Below, piece after piece: positions 1-8,895 of a DNA stretch of 64,000 nucleotides. Position 1 is the first letter of the stretch; every line of letters begins with the position of its first letter. A program made the position numbers and the translations under genes. The notes under the pieces are model-generated. The model did no database searches and was not told where the DNA came from. It saw only the letters and a list, made by a program, of their open reading frames with translations. The stretch is from an uncultured Sulfitobacter sp. (GTDB lineage Bacteria; Pseudomonadota; Alphaproteobacteria; Rhodobacterales; Rhodobacteraceae). The DNA lies in contig CAXBKL010000001.1 of the NCBI GenBank assembly GCA_963976125.1, positions 3,644 to 67,643 of the forward strand. Reading direction: 5' to 3'.

Positions 1-710
1 TTTTTGGCAAATGGCGCGAACCGGGGATCACCGGCAACGAAGACGGCCACGGCGCGGTCAGTCCCGTTCAATGCGCGCAGTTCAGCGTTCCAATAGGGGT
101 TTTGCAGGAATCGGCAATCATAAATCATGTCGACCGATCGGGGCAGTCCGCGTTTGTAGGAAAACGACTGGACCGAAATCGTCAGGTGATGTTGTCCCGA
201 GGGCGCGAACCACTGTTCGATTTCAGCACGCAGTTGATGTACATTCAGGTCCGTCGTGTCGATCAGGACATCCGCACGGGTGCGAATCGGGCGCAAAAGC
301 TCTTGTTCCCGCCGGATGCCGTCGGCCGGGCGGCCCTTGGGGGCAAGCGGATGCCGGCGGCGGGTCTCAGAAAACCGGCGCAGCAGGGCGTCGGAGGCGC
401 AATCCAGATAGAGCAGTTCAGCGCGCACATCATCGCGCGCCGACAGTCGCAGGATCAGCTCCAGCACCCGGTCAGTGGCAAAATCACGGTTGCGCGCGTC
501 TATGCCCAACGCCAGCGACCGGTCAAATTTGGCATGATCCAGCAGCGCCGGCAGCAGACGGAGCGGCAGATTGTCTATGGTCTCGAAACCGGCATCCTCC
601 AACACATTCAGCGCAGACGACCGGCCCGCACCGGACGGCCCGGTGACAAGCACGATACGGCGTCGACCATCCAGGCCGGACGCCGGTGCACGGGTTGAAG
701 AAGCGTTCAT
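1..710 (-). CDS. rapZ: RNase adapter RapZ (YhbJ/YvcJ family P-loop protein), 3' end truncated by window edge
   Basis: Not in ORF track. Manual minus-strand translation from ATG 710: MNASSTRAPASGLDGRRRIVLVTGPSGAGRSSALNVLEDAGFETIDNLP...SFSYKRGLPRSVDMIYDCRFLQNPYW. ATGA overlap with the hprK stop. Confidence 0.9.
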   Translation of the reverse strand, partial: MNASSTRAPASGLDGRRRIVLVTGPSGAGRSSALNVLEDAGFETIDNLPLRLLPALLDHAKFDRSLALGIDARNRDFATDRVLELILRLSARDDVRAELLYLDCASDALLRRFSETRRRHPLAPKGRPADGIRREQELLRPIRTRADVLIDTTDLNVHQLRAEIEQWFAPSGQHHLTISVQSFSYKRGLPRSVDMIYDCRFLQNPYWNAELRALNGTDRAVAVFVAGDPRFAPFAK

Positions 711-1138
711 GACCCGGAACTTATGCCCTTGCCCAGATAAAGCAACAACGCGGCGGCGAAATGCGGGCTTGGGGCGTTATGCAGGCAAGGCAGCGTGACC
801 CCGAGCAGATCATAGTGATGCGGTTCCGGCAGCCGTTGGTGTTCAGCCCTTGAAAGGTCCACGACCAGATTCAGCGCAGTTGGGCCAGCGGCGTCCAGCT
901 TCAGGATGCCAACGCCACGCGCCTCGATCATTCCGGCGATGGTGCCCGGTACCGTGGCGATGACCCTTTGGCCCGATCGTTCCACCCGTGTGCGGTCATC
1001 GGCCACCAGCCGGGCCCCCAGGCTGATCAACTGGAGCGCAAGCGAGGATTTCCCGGATCCTGACGGCCCTAGGATCAACATTCCTTGCCCCGATAGGCTC
1101 ACCGTGGTGGCGTGGATAATTTCGCTGGGGTTGGTCAT
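707..1138 (-). CDS. hprK: HPr kinase/phosphorylase, short alphaproteobacterial type
   Basis: IHATTV...LILGPSGSGKSSLAL...LVADD, EARGVG motifs; conserved position downstream of chvG. Confidence 0.88.
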   Translation of the reverse strand: MTNPSEIIHATTVSLSGQGMLILGPSGSGKSSLALQLISLGARLVADDRTRVERSGQRVIATVPGTIAGMIEARGVGILKLDAAGPTALNLVVDLSRAEHQRLPEPHHYDLLGVTLPCLHNAPSPHFAAALLLYLGKGISSGS

Positions 1139-1165
1139 TCCGGGGGCCGCCGGGAGGGGCGCAGT

Positions 1166-2869
1166 TTATGTTGGCAGGCCGACGACAAAACGGGCACCCA
1201 GTGGGTCAGAGGTGATGTCGGCCTCTGTCGGGCGGATGTTCTCGGCCCAGATCACGCCGCCATGCGCCTCGACGATCTGTTTTGAAATCGCCAGGCCCAG
1301 TCCGGAATTATTACCGAAATGCTCGTCCGGGCGTTGTGAATAAAAGCGTTTGAATATCTTTGACAGCGCCTGTTCGGGGATACCGGGGCCAGTGTCTTCT
1401 ACCACGACCAAGACGCGGTTCTGGCGTTTACGTACCCAGACACGGATTGCATCCCCGTCCTCGCAGAAAGAGATAGCATTGGTTATCAGATTGACAAAAA
1501 CCTGCGCCAGCCGGGCTTCCAGCCCGTGAATGGTAATCGGTTGATTGGGCAGGTCAGTGATGAAATCAATGCCTTTGGATTTCGCATCTTCGCCCAGATA
1601 CTGACCCAGGTTGCCAACCATCTTGAGCAGGTCGAATTCTTCTTCTTCTTCCTTGACCAGTTCCGAATCAAGCCGCGACGCGTTTGATATATCGCTGACC
1701 AGCCGGTCGAGGCGGCGCACATCATGGTCGATCACATCCAACAGCTTTTCGCGCTGATCGTCGCGTTTGACCATGCGCAATGTACCAACAGCGGAGCGCA
1801 GGGAAGCCAGCGGGTTCTTGATTTCATGTGCCACATCTGCGGCAAATTGTTCGTTCCCGTCGATCCGGTTGTAAAGCGCGGAAACCATGCCACGCAGCGC
1901 GCCCGACAGCCTGCCGATTTCGTCGGGGCGTGCGGTAAGATCGGGGATGCGGATCGGGCCGGGGTTCACCTTGCGCGCGTCCTTGTCGCGGCCCAGCTCT
2001 GCGGCGGTGGCCAGATCAGAGAGAGGGTTTGCAATGGTCGATGCCAGTACGAGGCTCAGACCGATGGACACCAGCGTTGCAATCACAAACATCTGCAAAA
2101 CCCGTTCGCGTTCGCCGCGGACAAGGCTGTCGATCTCTCCTGCCACCGATGCGATGGCAACCACACCGACGGGCGTCGCCCCCTGCATGATCGGTGTCAG
2201 AACTGTGAACTGCGTGCCACCATCGGCATCCAATGTATTTTCTATCTGTGTGCCGCTCTCAAGGCTGCCTTGCACTAGCGACTTCAGCCGTTCCTCGATT
2301 GTGATTGCCGACGCGGGCTCCTGCTTGCTGCTGAACGGTATCGACACCTTCGTCCAGACCCAGCTCAATCCATCGGTAAGCCATGTCCGGCCTGCATTTT
2401 CCGGTGCCGCCGCAATGCTATCCAGGGCAAGGCTGCCTTTGGAGCGGGCAATCAGCGCACTGGTTGTGTCATAGACAAAAACATCAACGCCCCGTCGAAG
2501 GTCCAACCCTTCAAGCGTCATGGCCGCATCAACGCCATCGCCCGTGGCGAGGTTGACAGGTGCACCTGCGGGCAATTGGGCCTCGATCACGTCGGCGACC
2601 AGTTCCGCTTCGGAAACCAACGCCGCGGCACGTTGCACGGCAAGCGAATCGCGGGCGGAATTCAGATAGAGAATACCAGCAACCAGAACGTTCAACGCAA
2701 TCAGGTTAAAGGTGATGATCTTGCGGGTCAGAGGAGACGCCCGGAGCGAAAACAGGCCACGCCGTTCCCGGCGCGCACGGACCTCGTCCGTCCCGCTCTT
2801 GTCGGGCGCGACCCAGTCATCGCCAAAAACAACATCGTTGTCTTTTGGTGTTTGGCTCAGATCGCGCAC
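1166..2869 (-). CDS. chvG: Sensor histidine kinase ChvG/ExoS
   Basis: Two TM segments, HAMP, H-box ADVAHEIKNPL, N/G1/F/G2 boxes. GTG start at 2869 chosen from the AGAGGAG RBS. Confidence 0.92.
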   Translation of the reverse strand: MRDLSQTPKDNDVVFGDDWVAPDKSGTDEVRARRERRGLFSLRASPLTRKIITFNLIALNVLVAGILYLNSARDSLAVQRAAALVSEAELVADVIEAQLPAGAPVNLATGDGVDAAMTLEGLDLRRGVDVFVYDTTSALIARSKGSLALDSIAAAPENAGRTWLTDGLSWVWTKVSIPFSSKQEPASAITIEERLKSLVQGSLESGTQIENTLDADGGTQFTVLTPIMQGATPVGVVAIASVAGEIDSLVRGERERVLQMFVIATLVSIGLSLVLASTIANPLSDLATAAELGRDKDARKVNPGPIRIPDLTARPDEIGRLSGALRGMVSALYNRIDGNEQFAADVAHEIKNPLASLRSAVGTLRMVKRDDQREKLLDVIDHDVRRLDRLVSDISNASRLDSELVKEEEEEFDLLKMVGNLGQYLGEDAKSKGIDFITDLPNQPITIHGLEARLAQVFVNLITNAISFCEDGDAIRVWVRKRQNRVLVVVEDTGPGIPEQALSKIFKRFYSQRPDEHFGNNSGLGLAISKQIVEAHGGVIWAENIRPTEADITSDPLGARFVVGLPT

Positions 2870-2902
2870 AAAGCTCCTCTCGGCCAAGGCCATTTGCCCG
2901 GT

Positions 2903-3604
2903 TTACTCTTCGTTATAGCGATAGCCGATACCGTAGAGTGTCTCAATCGCGGAAAAATCATCGTCCGCGCTGCGCATCTTCTTGCGCAGACGTTTGATAT
3001 GGCTGTCGATGGTGCGATCATCCACATAGACCTGATCGTCATAGGCCACGTCCATCAACTGATCTCGCGATTTCACAAATCCGGGGCGCTGCGCGAGTGC
3101 CTGCAACAGCAGGAATTCCGTTACGGTCAACGAGACGTCCTTGCCCTTCCAGGCGACGGCGTGCCGCAGAGGATCCATGCGCAGATCGCCGCGCTCCATC
3201 ACCTTGGTTTCTTCGGTATCGCCGACTTCACCACTGTCCACCGCGTCCTGACGGCGCAGCAAGGCGCGAATACGCTCGACCAGAAGCCGCTGGCTAAAAG
3301 GTTTCTTGACGTAGTCGTCCGCGCCCATCCTTAGGCCGAGCACCTCGTCAATCTCGTCATCCTTGGAGGTGAGAAAGATCACCGGCATCGTCGTCTTCTG
3401 TCGAAGCCGCTGCAGCAAATCCATGCCATCCATGCGCGGCATCTTGATGTCAAGTACCGCCATATCAGGGAGTTTCTTATTGAAGGCGTCCAATGCGGCC
3501 TGACCGTCATTGTAGGTTTCCACTTCGAAACCTTCCGCTTCCAGAGTCATCGACACAGACGTCAGGATATTCCTGTCGTCGTCCACCAATGCAATTTTTG
3601 ACAT
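2903..3604 (-). CDS. chvI: OmpR-family response regulator ChvI
   Basis: IALVDDD...VLDIKMP...FLTSK...KPF receiver; winged helix [20 protein letters not shown]; upstream of chvG. Confidence 0.93.
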   Translation of the reverse strand: MSKIALVDDDRNILTSVSMTLEAEGFEVETYNDGQAALDAFNKKLPDMAVLDIKMPRMDGMDLLQRLRQKTTMPVIFLTSKDDEIDEVLGLRMGADDYVKKPFSQRLLVERIRALLRRQDAVDSGEVGDTEETKVMERGDLRMDPLRHAVAWKGKDVSLTVTEFLLLQALAQRPGFVKSRDQLMDVAYDDQVYVDDRTIDSHIKRLRKKMRSADDDFSAIETLYGIGYRYNEE

Positions 3605-3976
3605 TGCCTGTTTCCTTCGTGCTGCTCAATTATCGTTTTTTGTATTTTGAACCATAGATCACCATTTTTTGCATTCGAATCAATCTCTAAGTGCGAATCA
3701 GCCCGTCGTCGGACCCTATTTCCGCCACAATTTGGTTAGGAATGGCTAAATTGCCGCACTTTCTTACCCTTCGGGGCGTGGGCCGTGACGCTCCTTTTGG
3801 CCCGTCGAACCCGCACAGGGCCAAAGTTTGCCATGATGGCGCTAACGACCATTGACCCGTCTGTTCAATTGCAAAACCATCGTGTTAAGAGGCGCTTTAT
3901 GACCCTAAAGGGTCGCGGGCGATCCGCCCGGTTCAGCCAGACCAGCACGGCACCGTGCGCCTACAGGAGAATTCAC

Positions 3977-5575
3977 ATGACATCTGGACGGGTAAACCCG
4001 CAGTTCCGCCTTGAAGATCAAAAGATCAACGGGTTGGGCAATGTCTATTACAACCTGATGGAACCTGCGCTGATCGAAACCGCGCTCAAGCGTAACGAGG
4101 GGGTGCTTGGCAACGGCGGCGCATTCCTTGTCACCACAGGCAAGTTCACCGGTCGGTCCCCAAAGGACAAGCATGTGGTACGTACCGACAGCGTAAACGA
4201 CACCATCTGGTGGGATAACAATGCCGAAATGTCCCCCGAAGGTTTTGATGCCCTTTATGACGACATGATCGAACACATGCAGGGCAAGGACTATTTTGTA
4301 CAAGACCTTGTCGGCGGCGCGGACCCACGCCACGCAATCAACGTGCGCATGGTGACGGAACTGGCCTGGCACGGGCTTTTCATCCGAACGATGCTGCGCC
4401 GCCCGGAGCGCACGGATCTGGATGATTTCATCGCTGACTTCACTGTCATCAACTGTCCCAGCTTCCAGGCCGACCCCAAGAAACACGATTGCCGTTCCGA
4501 AACCGTCATCGCGATGAACTTTGATCGCAAGATGATTCTGATTGGCGGCACGGAATACGCGGGCGAAAACAAGAAATCCGTTTTCACCCTCCTGAACTAC
4601 CTGCTGCCCGAAGAGGGCATCATGCCCATGCACTGCTCTGCCAATCACGCAACCGGGAACCCGGTCGATACTGCCGTGTTCTTTGGCCTGTCAGGGACCG
4701 GCAAGACAACCCTTTCCGCCGACCCGCAGCGTACGCTGATTGGTGACGACGAACATGGCTGGTCCAACAACGGCACCTTCAATTTTGAAGGGGGTTGCTA
4801 CGCCAAGACGATCAACCTCTCTTCCGAAGCCGAGCCGGAAATCTATGCAACCACGACCAAATTCGGCACCGTTATCGAGAACATGGTCTTTGACGAAGAA
4901 ACCAGGGAACTGGACTTCGAAGATGATTCACTCACCGCCAACATGCGCTGCGCCTACCCGCTGCACTATATCTCGAACGCCTCGACAAAGGCGCTTGGCG
5001 GGCATCCGAAGAACATCATCATGCTGACTTGTGATGCCTTTGGCGTACTGCCTCCCATCGCGCGGCTGACACCTGCCCAGGCGATGTATCACTTCCTGTC
5101 CGGCTTCACCTCAAAGGTGGCCGGCACAGAGCGGGGGGTAACAGAACCCGAACCGACATTTTCAACCTGTTTCGGCGCGCCGTTCATGCCGCGCCGCCCA
5201 GAGGTTTATGGCAATCTGCTGCGGGAGAAAATCGCCCAGCACGGCGCAACCTGCTGGTTGGTGAACACCGGGTGGACCGGTGGCGCATATGGCACCGGAT
5301 CCCGCATGCCGATCAAGGCAACCCGCGCATTGCTCACTGCCGCCCTGGAAGGCGCGCTTGGGTCAGTGGCCTATCGCAAGGATCCCAATTTCGGGTTTGA
5401 GGTGCCGGTTGCCGTAGAGGGCGTTCCAGACATCCTGCTGGACCCGCGCCGCACATGGGACAACCCCGAAGCCTACGACAGGCAAGCCGCCAAGCTGGTG
5501 GCAATGTTCTCGGACAACTTCGCCCAGTATTTGCCATTCATTGACGATGATGTGCGGGCCGCCGCAATCAGCTGA
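3977..5575 (+). CDS. pckA: Phosphoenolpyruvate carboxykinase (ATP)
   Basis: [31 protein letters not shown]. Start at ATG 3977 after a CAGGAG RBS. Confidence 0.96.
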   Translation: MTSGRVNPQFRLEDQKINGLGNVYYNLMEPALIETALKRNEGVLGNGGAFLVTTGKFTGRSPKDKHVVRTDSVNDTIWWDNNAEMSPEGFDALYDDMIEHMQGKDYFVQDLVGGADPRHAINVRMVTELAWHGLFIRTMLRRPERTDLDDFIADFTVINCPSFQADPKKHDCRSETVIAMNFDRKMILIGGTEYAGENKKSVFTLLNYLLPEEGIMPMHCSANHATGNPVDTAVFFGLSGTGKTTLSADPQRTLIGDDEHGWSNNGTFNFEGGCYAKTINLSSEAEPEIYATTTKFGTVIENMVFDEETRELDFEDDSLTANMRCAYPLHYISNASTKALGGHPKNIIMLTCDAFGVLPPIARLTPAQAMYHFLSGFTSKVAGTERGVTEPEPTFSTCFGAPFMPRRPEVYGNLLREKIAQHGATCWLVNTGWTGGAYGTGSRMPIKATRALLTAALEGALGSVAYRKDPNFGFEVPVAVEGVPDILLDPRRTWDNPEAYDRQAAKLVAMFSDNFAQYLPFIDDDVRAAAIS

Positions 5576-5594
5576 GCCCGGCAGATCAAAACAG

Positions 5595-5634
5595 AGAAAG
5601 GGAGCCGCAACACACTGCGGCTCCCTTTCTTTTT
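5595..5634. terminator. Intrinsic terminator, probably bidirectional
   Basis: AGAAAGGGAGCCGCA-acacac-TGCGGCTCCCTTTCT followed by a T run, between convergent genes. Confidence 0.85.
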
Positions 5635-5652
5635 GGAAAAACCTTCGGTAGG

Positions 5653-6372
5653 TCAGGCGGCTTCTTCGACCAGATCCTCCACCGGAATGTCCAGCATGTA
5701 GCGGGCATCTTCCTGGCTGAGCCACGTCAGAAAAGCCTCGATGGGCTGTTCATGGCCATCAACCTGCCACTTCAGCGCGCCGGGTTCATTGTGCATATAC
5801 CCCATCCGTTCGGCGAACCCCTTGAAGGCCACTTTGCGCAACATGAACCCATAGATATAGTCCGGATCCCAGCGCCGCATCGCCTCAAGCAGTCCAGTGC
5901 GTGCCAGCACGGTCGAAAGGCCGACACCGCGATAGCACCCCTTTTCGGGCGGGGCCATCCACACCTCACCGTGATAGACGACATTGCCTGCAATCTGATG
6001 TGCGCCCGGTGTCGCCCGGAAGCGTGATCTGTTGATGTCCACACCCGGAAGCGGCGGTGGAAAGTCCCGGAACCGGGTGAGAAGATGCGCTGCCAACGTC
6101 TTTCCGCCCAAAGGAACTTTTTTCGCCGCTTGTGTGTGAATCAGGTCACCTTTGCCGTTTCTGCCGATCAGCCAGAACGAATCTCTGGGTCGCAAATTGT
6201 GTTTGGTGTGGTCAAACGGCACCCCCAGATTCTGCATTTTGCGTTCGCTGTGGATAATTTCACTGTATTGCTCGAAATCACTGCCAATGGTGATCTCGAT
6301 ACCGTGGGACCGCAAGATATTGCGACTGGTCGCAATAAACGGAGCGGCGTCCTGCGGGAACTGAATCGTCAT
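5653..6372 (-). CDS. Hypothetical protein, possible GNAT/acyltransferase-like fold
   Basis: 239 aa with AAGGA RBS. VYHGEVWM...YRGVGLSTVLAR...GFAERMGY resembles the GNAT motif A (RGxG) region. No family firmly recognised. Confidence 0.7.
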   Translation of the reverse strand: MTIQFPQDAAPFIATSRNILRSHGIEITIGSDFEQYSEIIHSERKMQNLGVPFDHTKHNLRPRDSFWLIGRNGKGDLIHTQAAKKVPLGGKTLAAHLLTRFRDFPPPLPGVDINRSRFRATPGAHQIAGNVVYHGEVWMAPPEKGCYRGVGLSTVLARTGLLEAMRRWDPDYIYGFMLRKVAFKGFAERMGYMHNEPGALKWQVDGHEQPIEAFLTWLSQEDARYMLDIPVEDLVEEAA

Positions 6373-6482
6373 TCGTACTGTCCTTACTACCTACCATGGC
6401 AAAAGGTTAATACAAACGCCGCCAAAAAGCCCGTGCTTTGGCCAAGTTATGCCCAAAAAATGTCACAATTGCGCCTAAACAC

Positions 6483-6497
6483 TTAAAAATGGGTTAA
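6483..6497. promoter_or_regulatory. CtrA-type box TTAA-N7-TTAA
   Basis: TTAA-AAATGGG-TTAA, about 110 nt upstream of the ATG at 6372; extra GGTTAA half-site at 6405-6410. Confidence 0.55.
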
Positions 6498-7441
6498 TCG
6501 GCATGGTTGAGAATGCTGCTTTCAAACCGCGCATCCTCTACTTTGAAGGGAATCGGTTCCACCGGATCAAGCGCCTCAAGCTCGGATGGGTCGAGCCCAG
6601 AGATGCGTACAGCGTCCACTGGCAGGACAAGTGACATCACCGCAGGAGAGCGATCGGGAAAGAACCCGCTGAGGATCAACCGTTGATATGCGACCGGCGC
6701 CAGGTCGTCTGTTCCCGACCGAGGCATCCTCGTGAACACATGATCCAGGCGGGCAGTTTGCGTCGCCTGCACCTCGTCAAACGACTGATAAATCAAATGT
6801 GAAAATTCCTCACCTGCGGGCATCTGGCTGATGGGTCTGCCAATGCTTGACCGGGCAAAATCCTGCCCAAACCAGTTCACGTAGACAGACTTCTGTCCGA
6901 ACTCGACACATATCCATCCCGCTTCCGCCTTGCGGTAAATGATCAAATAGGGGCGCACATGCGAAAAGGCCGGGCTTTCGATTTCGCCCGCCGCCATCGA
7001 CCAGGATCGAAATGTCTCTCGCAAGAGCACGGACGGGTCAGTCCAGATCAATCCAAGTGGCTGTTGCTCCTGATAAAAATCCCATGATCCAACTGTTGCC
7101 TTGAGATGCTGGAGGTGGCCGATTGAGCTAGATTGCCCGCGCAACCAGGTCGTTCCCCGCGCCAGAATATCCTTTGCATCCGGCAGCGCGTTTTCCCCCG
7201 CGACGGTCAGGTAATACCGGCGGTCGTCCACGTAGAACAACGGCACGCCCATCGCGTCTTCCAGGGTGGAGATATGGCGTCGTACGGTTTGGCGGGTGCT
7301 GCCCAGATCTTTTACCGCATGGCTCAGGTTAAGCGTTGCCGCCAGAGTGACAAACGAGCGGATCATCTCGAACAACAACCCCGGAGTCACATTTGTATTG
7401 GCAGGAAAGACTGCGGTCTTGAGGTCGATCGTCTTGTTCAT
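6494..7441 (-). CDS. LysR-type HTH fused to a non-LysR, PAS-like C-terminal domain
   Basis: N-terminal MIRSFVTLAATLNLSHAVKDLGSTRQTVRRHISTLEDAMGVPLF...LTVAG is an HTH_1 pattern; the C-terminus ends in YQRLIL...PAVMSLV, which is PAS_5-like. Start placed at ATG 7441. Confidence 0.75.
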   Translation of the reverse strand: MNKTIDLKTAVFPANTNVTPGLLFEMIRSFVTLAATLNLSHAVKDLGSTRQTVRRHISTLEDAMGVPLFYVDDRRYYLTVAGENALPDAKDILARGTTWLRGQSSSIGHLQHLKATVGSWDFYQEQQPLGLIWTDPSVLLRETFRSWSMAAGEIESPAFSHVRPYLIIYRKAEAGWICVEFGQKSVYVNWFGQDFARSSIGRPISQMPAGEEFSHLIYQSFDEVQATQTARLDHVFTRMPRSGTDDLAPVAYQRLILSGFFPDRSPAVMSLVLPVDAVRISGLDPSELEALDPVEPIPFKVEDARFESSILNHAD

Positions 7442-7482
7442 GTCATCTCTTTGATACACGTCTCGCCACCAATGCAACATTA

Positions 7483-7515
7483 ATCATACAGTAATAGTAA
7501 ATGGATCATACAGTA
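7483..7515. repeat. 11-bp direct repeat ATCATACAGTA x2, 22-bp period
   Basis: Copies at 7483-7493 and 7505-7515 in an AT-rich divergent promoter region. Confidence 0.8.
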
Positions 7516-7634
7516 GGGTAACAATTATCACCCATCAACGGTTCATTTACACGTCAAAAGTGAATATATGTAGATAATTGAACGAAAACGGGAATTTGAC
7601 GATCACTACCCTCACACCAACCAGGGGTAGGAAT

Positions 7635-7994
7635 ATGGCTCATCCGGTAGACACGCATGTGGGGCGCAAGCTCAAACAAATCCGTACGCTGCGTCGTTTG
7701 TCTCAGACAGACGTGGCGCGCAAACTCAATCTCTCTTTCCAGCAGATCCAGAAATACGAAATTGGGTCAAACCGGATTGCTGCCAGCCGTTTGTTTGAAT
7801 TGGCACAGATCCTGGATGTAGCGCCGAGCTACTTCTTCGAGGGATTGAACGACAATACCAACGTGCCTCCCAAGAACGACCCCGGCATGGAAATCGTATC
7901 AGCCCTTGCCTCGATCAAGGACGACGCGGTCAAGACCCGGATTGTTACCTTTATCCAGGACGTATCGGGCATGACAGTGGCCAAGCGCAGCTAG
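7635..7994 (+). CDS. XRE/HTH_3 regulator, PraR/PhrR-like
   Basis: MAHPVDTHVGRKLKQIR...SQ...LSFQQIQKYEIGSNRIAASRL is the family signature; AGGA RBS before ATG 7635. Confidence 0.85.
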   Translation: MAHPVDTHVGRKLKQIRTLRRLSQTDVARKLNLSFQQIQKYEIGSNRIAASRLFELAQILDVAPSYFFEGLNDNTNVPPKNDPGMEIVSALASIKDDAVKTRIVTFIQDVSGMTVAKRS

Positions 7995-8755
7995 AACACG
8001 GCCCGCCGGATCAGGTTCAATCCGGCGACAAGCAGAACCAGCAGCGTCGCGCGGCGGAACGCTGTCTGGTCAATCCGGTCCATCACCTTGCTGCCGATCC
8101 ACATACCAATGAGCGCCGGCCCTATCATCGCCACCGAAAACGGCAGGGTTTCTTCGCGCAGCACACCTGACCCGATGTGGGACGCAAACAAAAGCGCCGA
8201 ACCGCCGCCATAGATCACCCCCTGAATACGGATTTGATCATACTTGGGTGTGTTCAACGCCGTCAGGTAACTGACCGTTGGCGGGCCCCAGACGCCCGAG
8301 ATACCGGCCAGCACACCTGCGAATCCTCCCACAGCCGCTTCCAGCCCCCATGTCTTGTTTGAGATGTGGAACATATGGCCGGACAACTGCCACACAGCAA
8401 AGAACACGACGGGGATACCGATCACCAGTTGCATCGTCTGCTCGGGAATGACCCGCACAAATTGTGCCGCAACAACAAGTGTGGTTCCCCCGGCGGCAAG
8501 GAACACCCAGAACGTCTTGACGGTTTTCCACGCCTCCGCGTACCCCTGACGCAACGATTGCAGCACATTGCTGACAAGCGTCGGCAGAATCAGTCCCGCC
8601 AGTGCAAGGTCCGGCGCGATGAACGTCGTGAGGCCAGAGATCATGACCAACGGCATCGCAAACCCCACGACACCTTTGACGAATCCCGCACAAAACGCGA
8701 TGCCGAGGGCAACCGCAATCAAGGGCGGCGTAAGAAACGGGATAATCAGGTCCAT
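7991..8755 (-). CDS. Sulfite exporter TauE/SafE family membrane protein
   Basis: Multi-TM; AGFVKGVVGFAMP and GGFAGVLAGISGVWGPP repeats. Confidence 0.85.
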   Translation of the reverse strand: MDLIIPFLTPPLIAVALGIAFCAGFVKGVVGFAMPLVMISGLTTFIAPDLALAGLILPTLVSNVLQSLRQGYAEAWKTVKTFWVFLAAGGTTLVVAAQFVRVIPEQTMQLVIGIPVVFFAVWQLSGHMFHISNKTWGLEAAVGGFAGVLAGISGVWGPPTVSYLTALNTPKYDQIRIQGVIYGGGSALLFASHIGSGVLREETLPFSVAMIGPALIGMWIGSKVMDRIDQTAFRRATLLVLLVAGLNLIRRAVF

Positions 8756-8895
8756 AGCCCTACATAGCAGGATGGTCTTGGACTGCATTATCTAACGGTG
8801 GCGTAATTATCGAACAAAACGCCGCAGCAAAAAGTATCTTTGTTGTGCTGCACCTGCAAAAAGGCTATCCGCTGGCCAACGCTGAAAAGGGGATT

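Noticed and set aside
11-698. Plus-strand ORFs 11..646 and 102..698
   Set aside because: They are antisense shadows of rapZ, which has clear motifs on the minus strand. The same reasoning applies to the many long antisense ORFs over chvG, rsh, smc, ffh, the SBP and the box genes.
8823-8862. PhaR-like TGC-N4-GCAG site upstream of mcd
   Set aside because: The motif is too short and degenerate for GC-rich DNA to call without a matrix.
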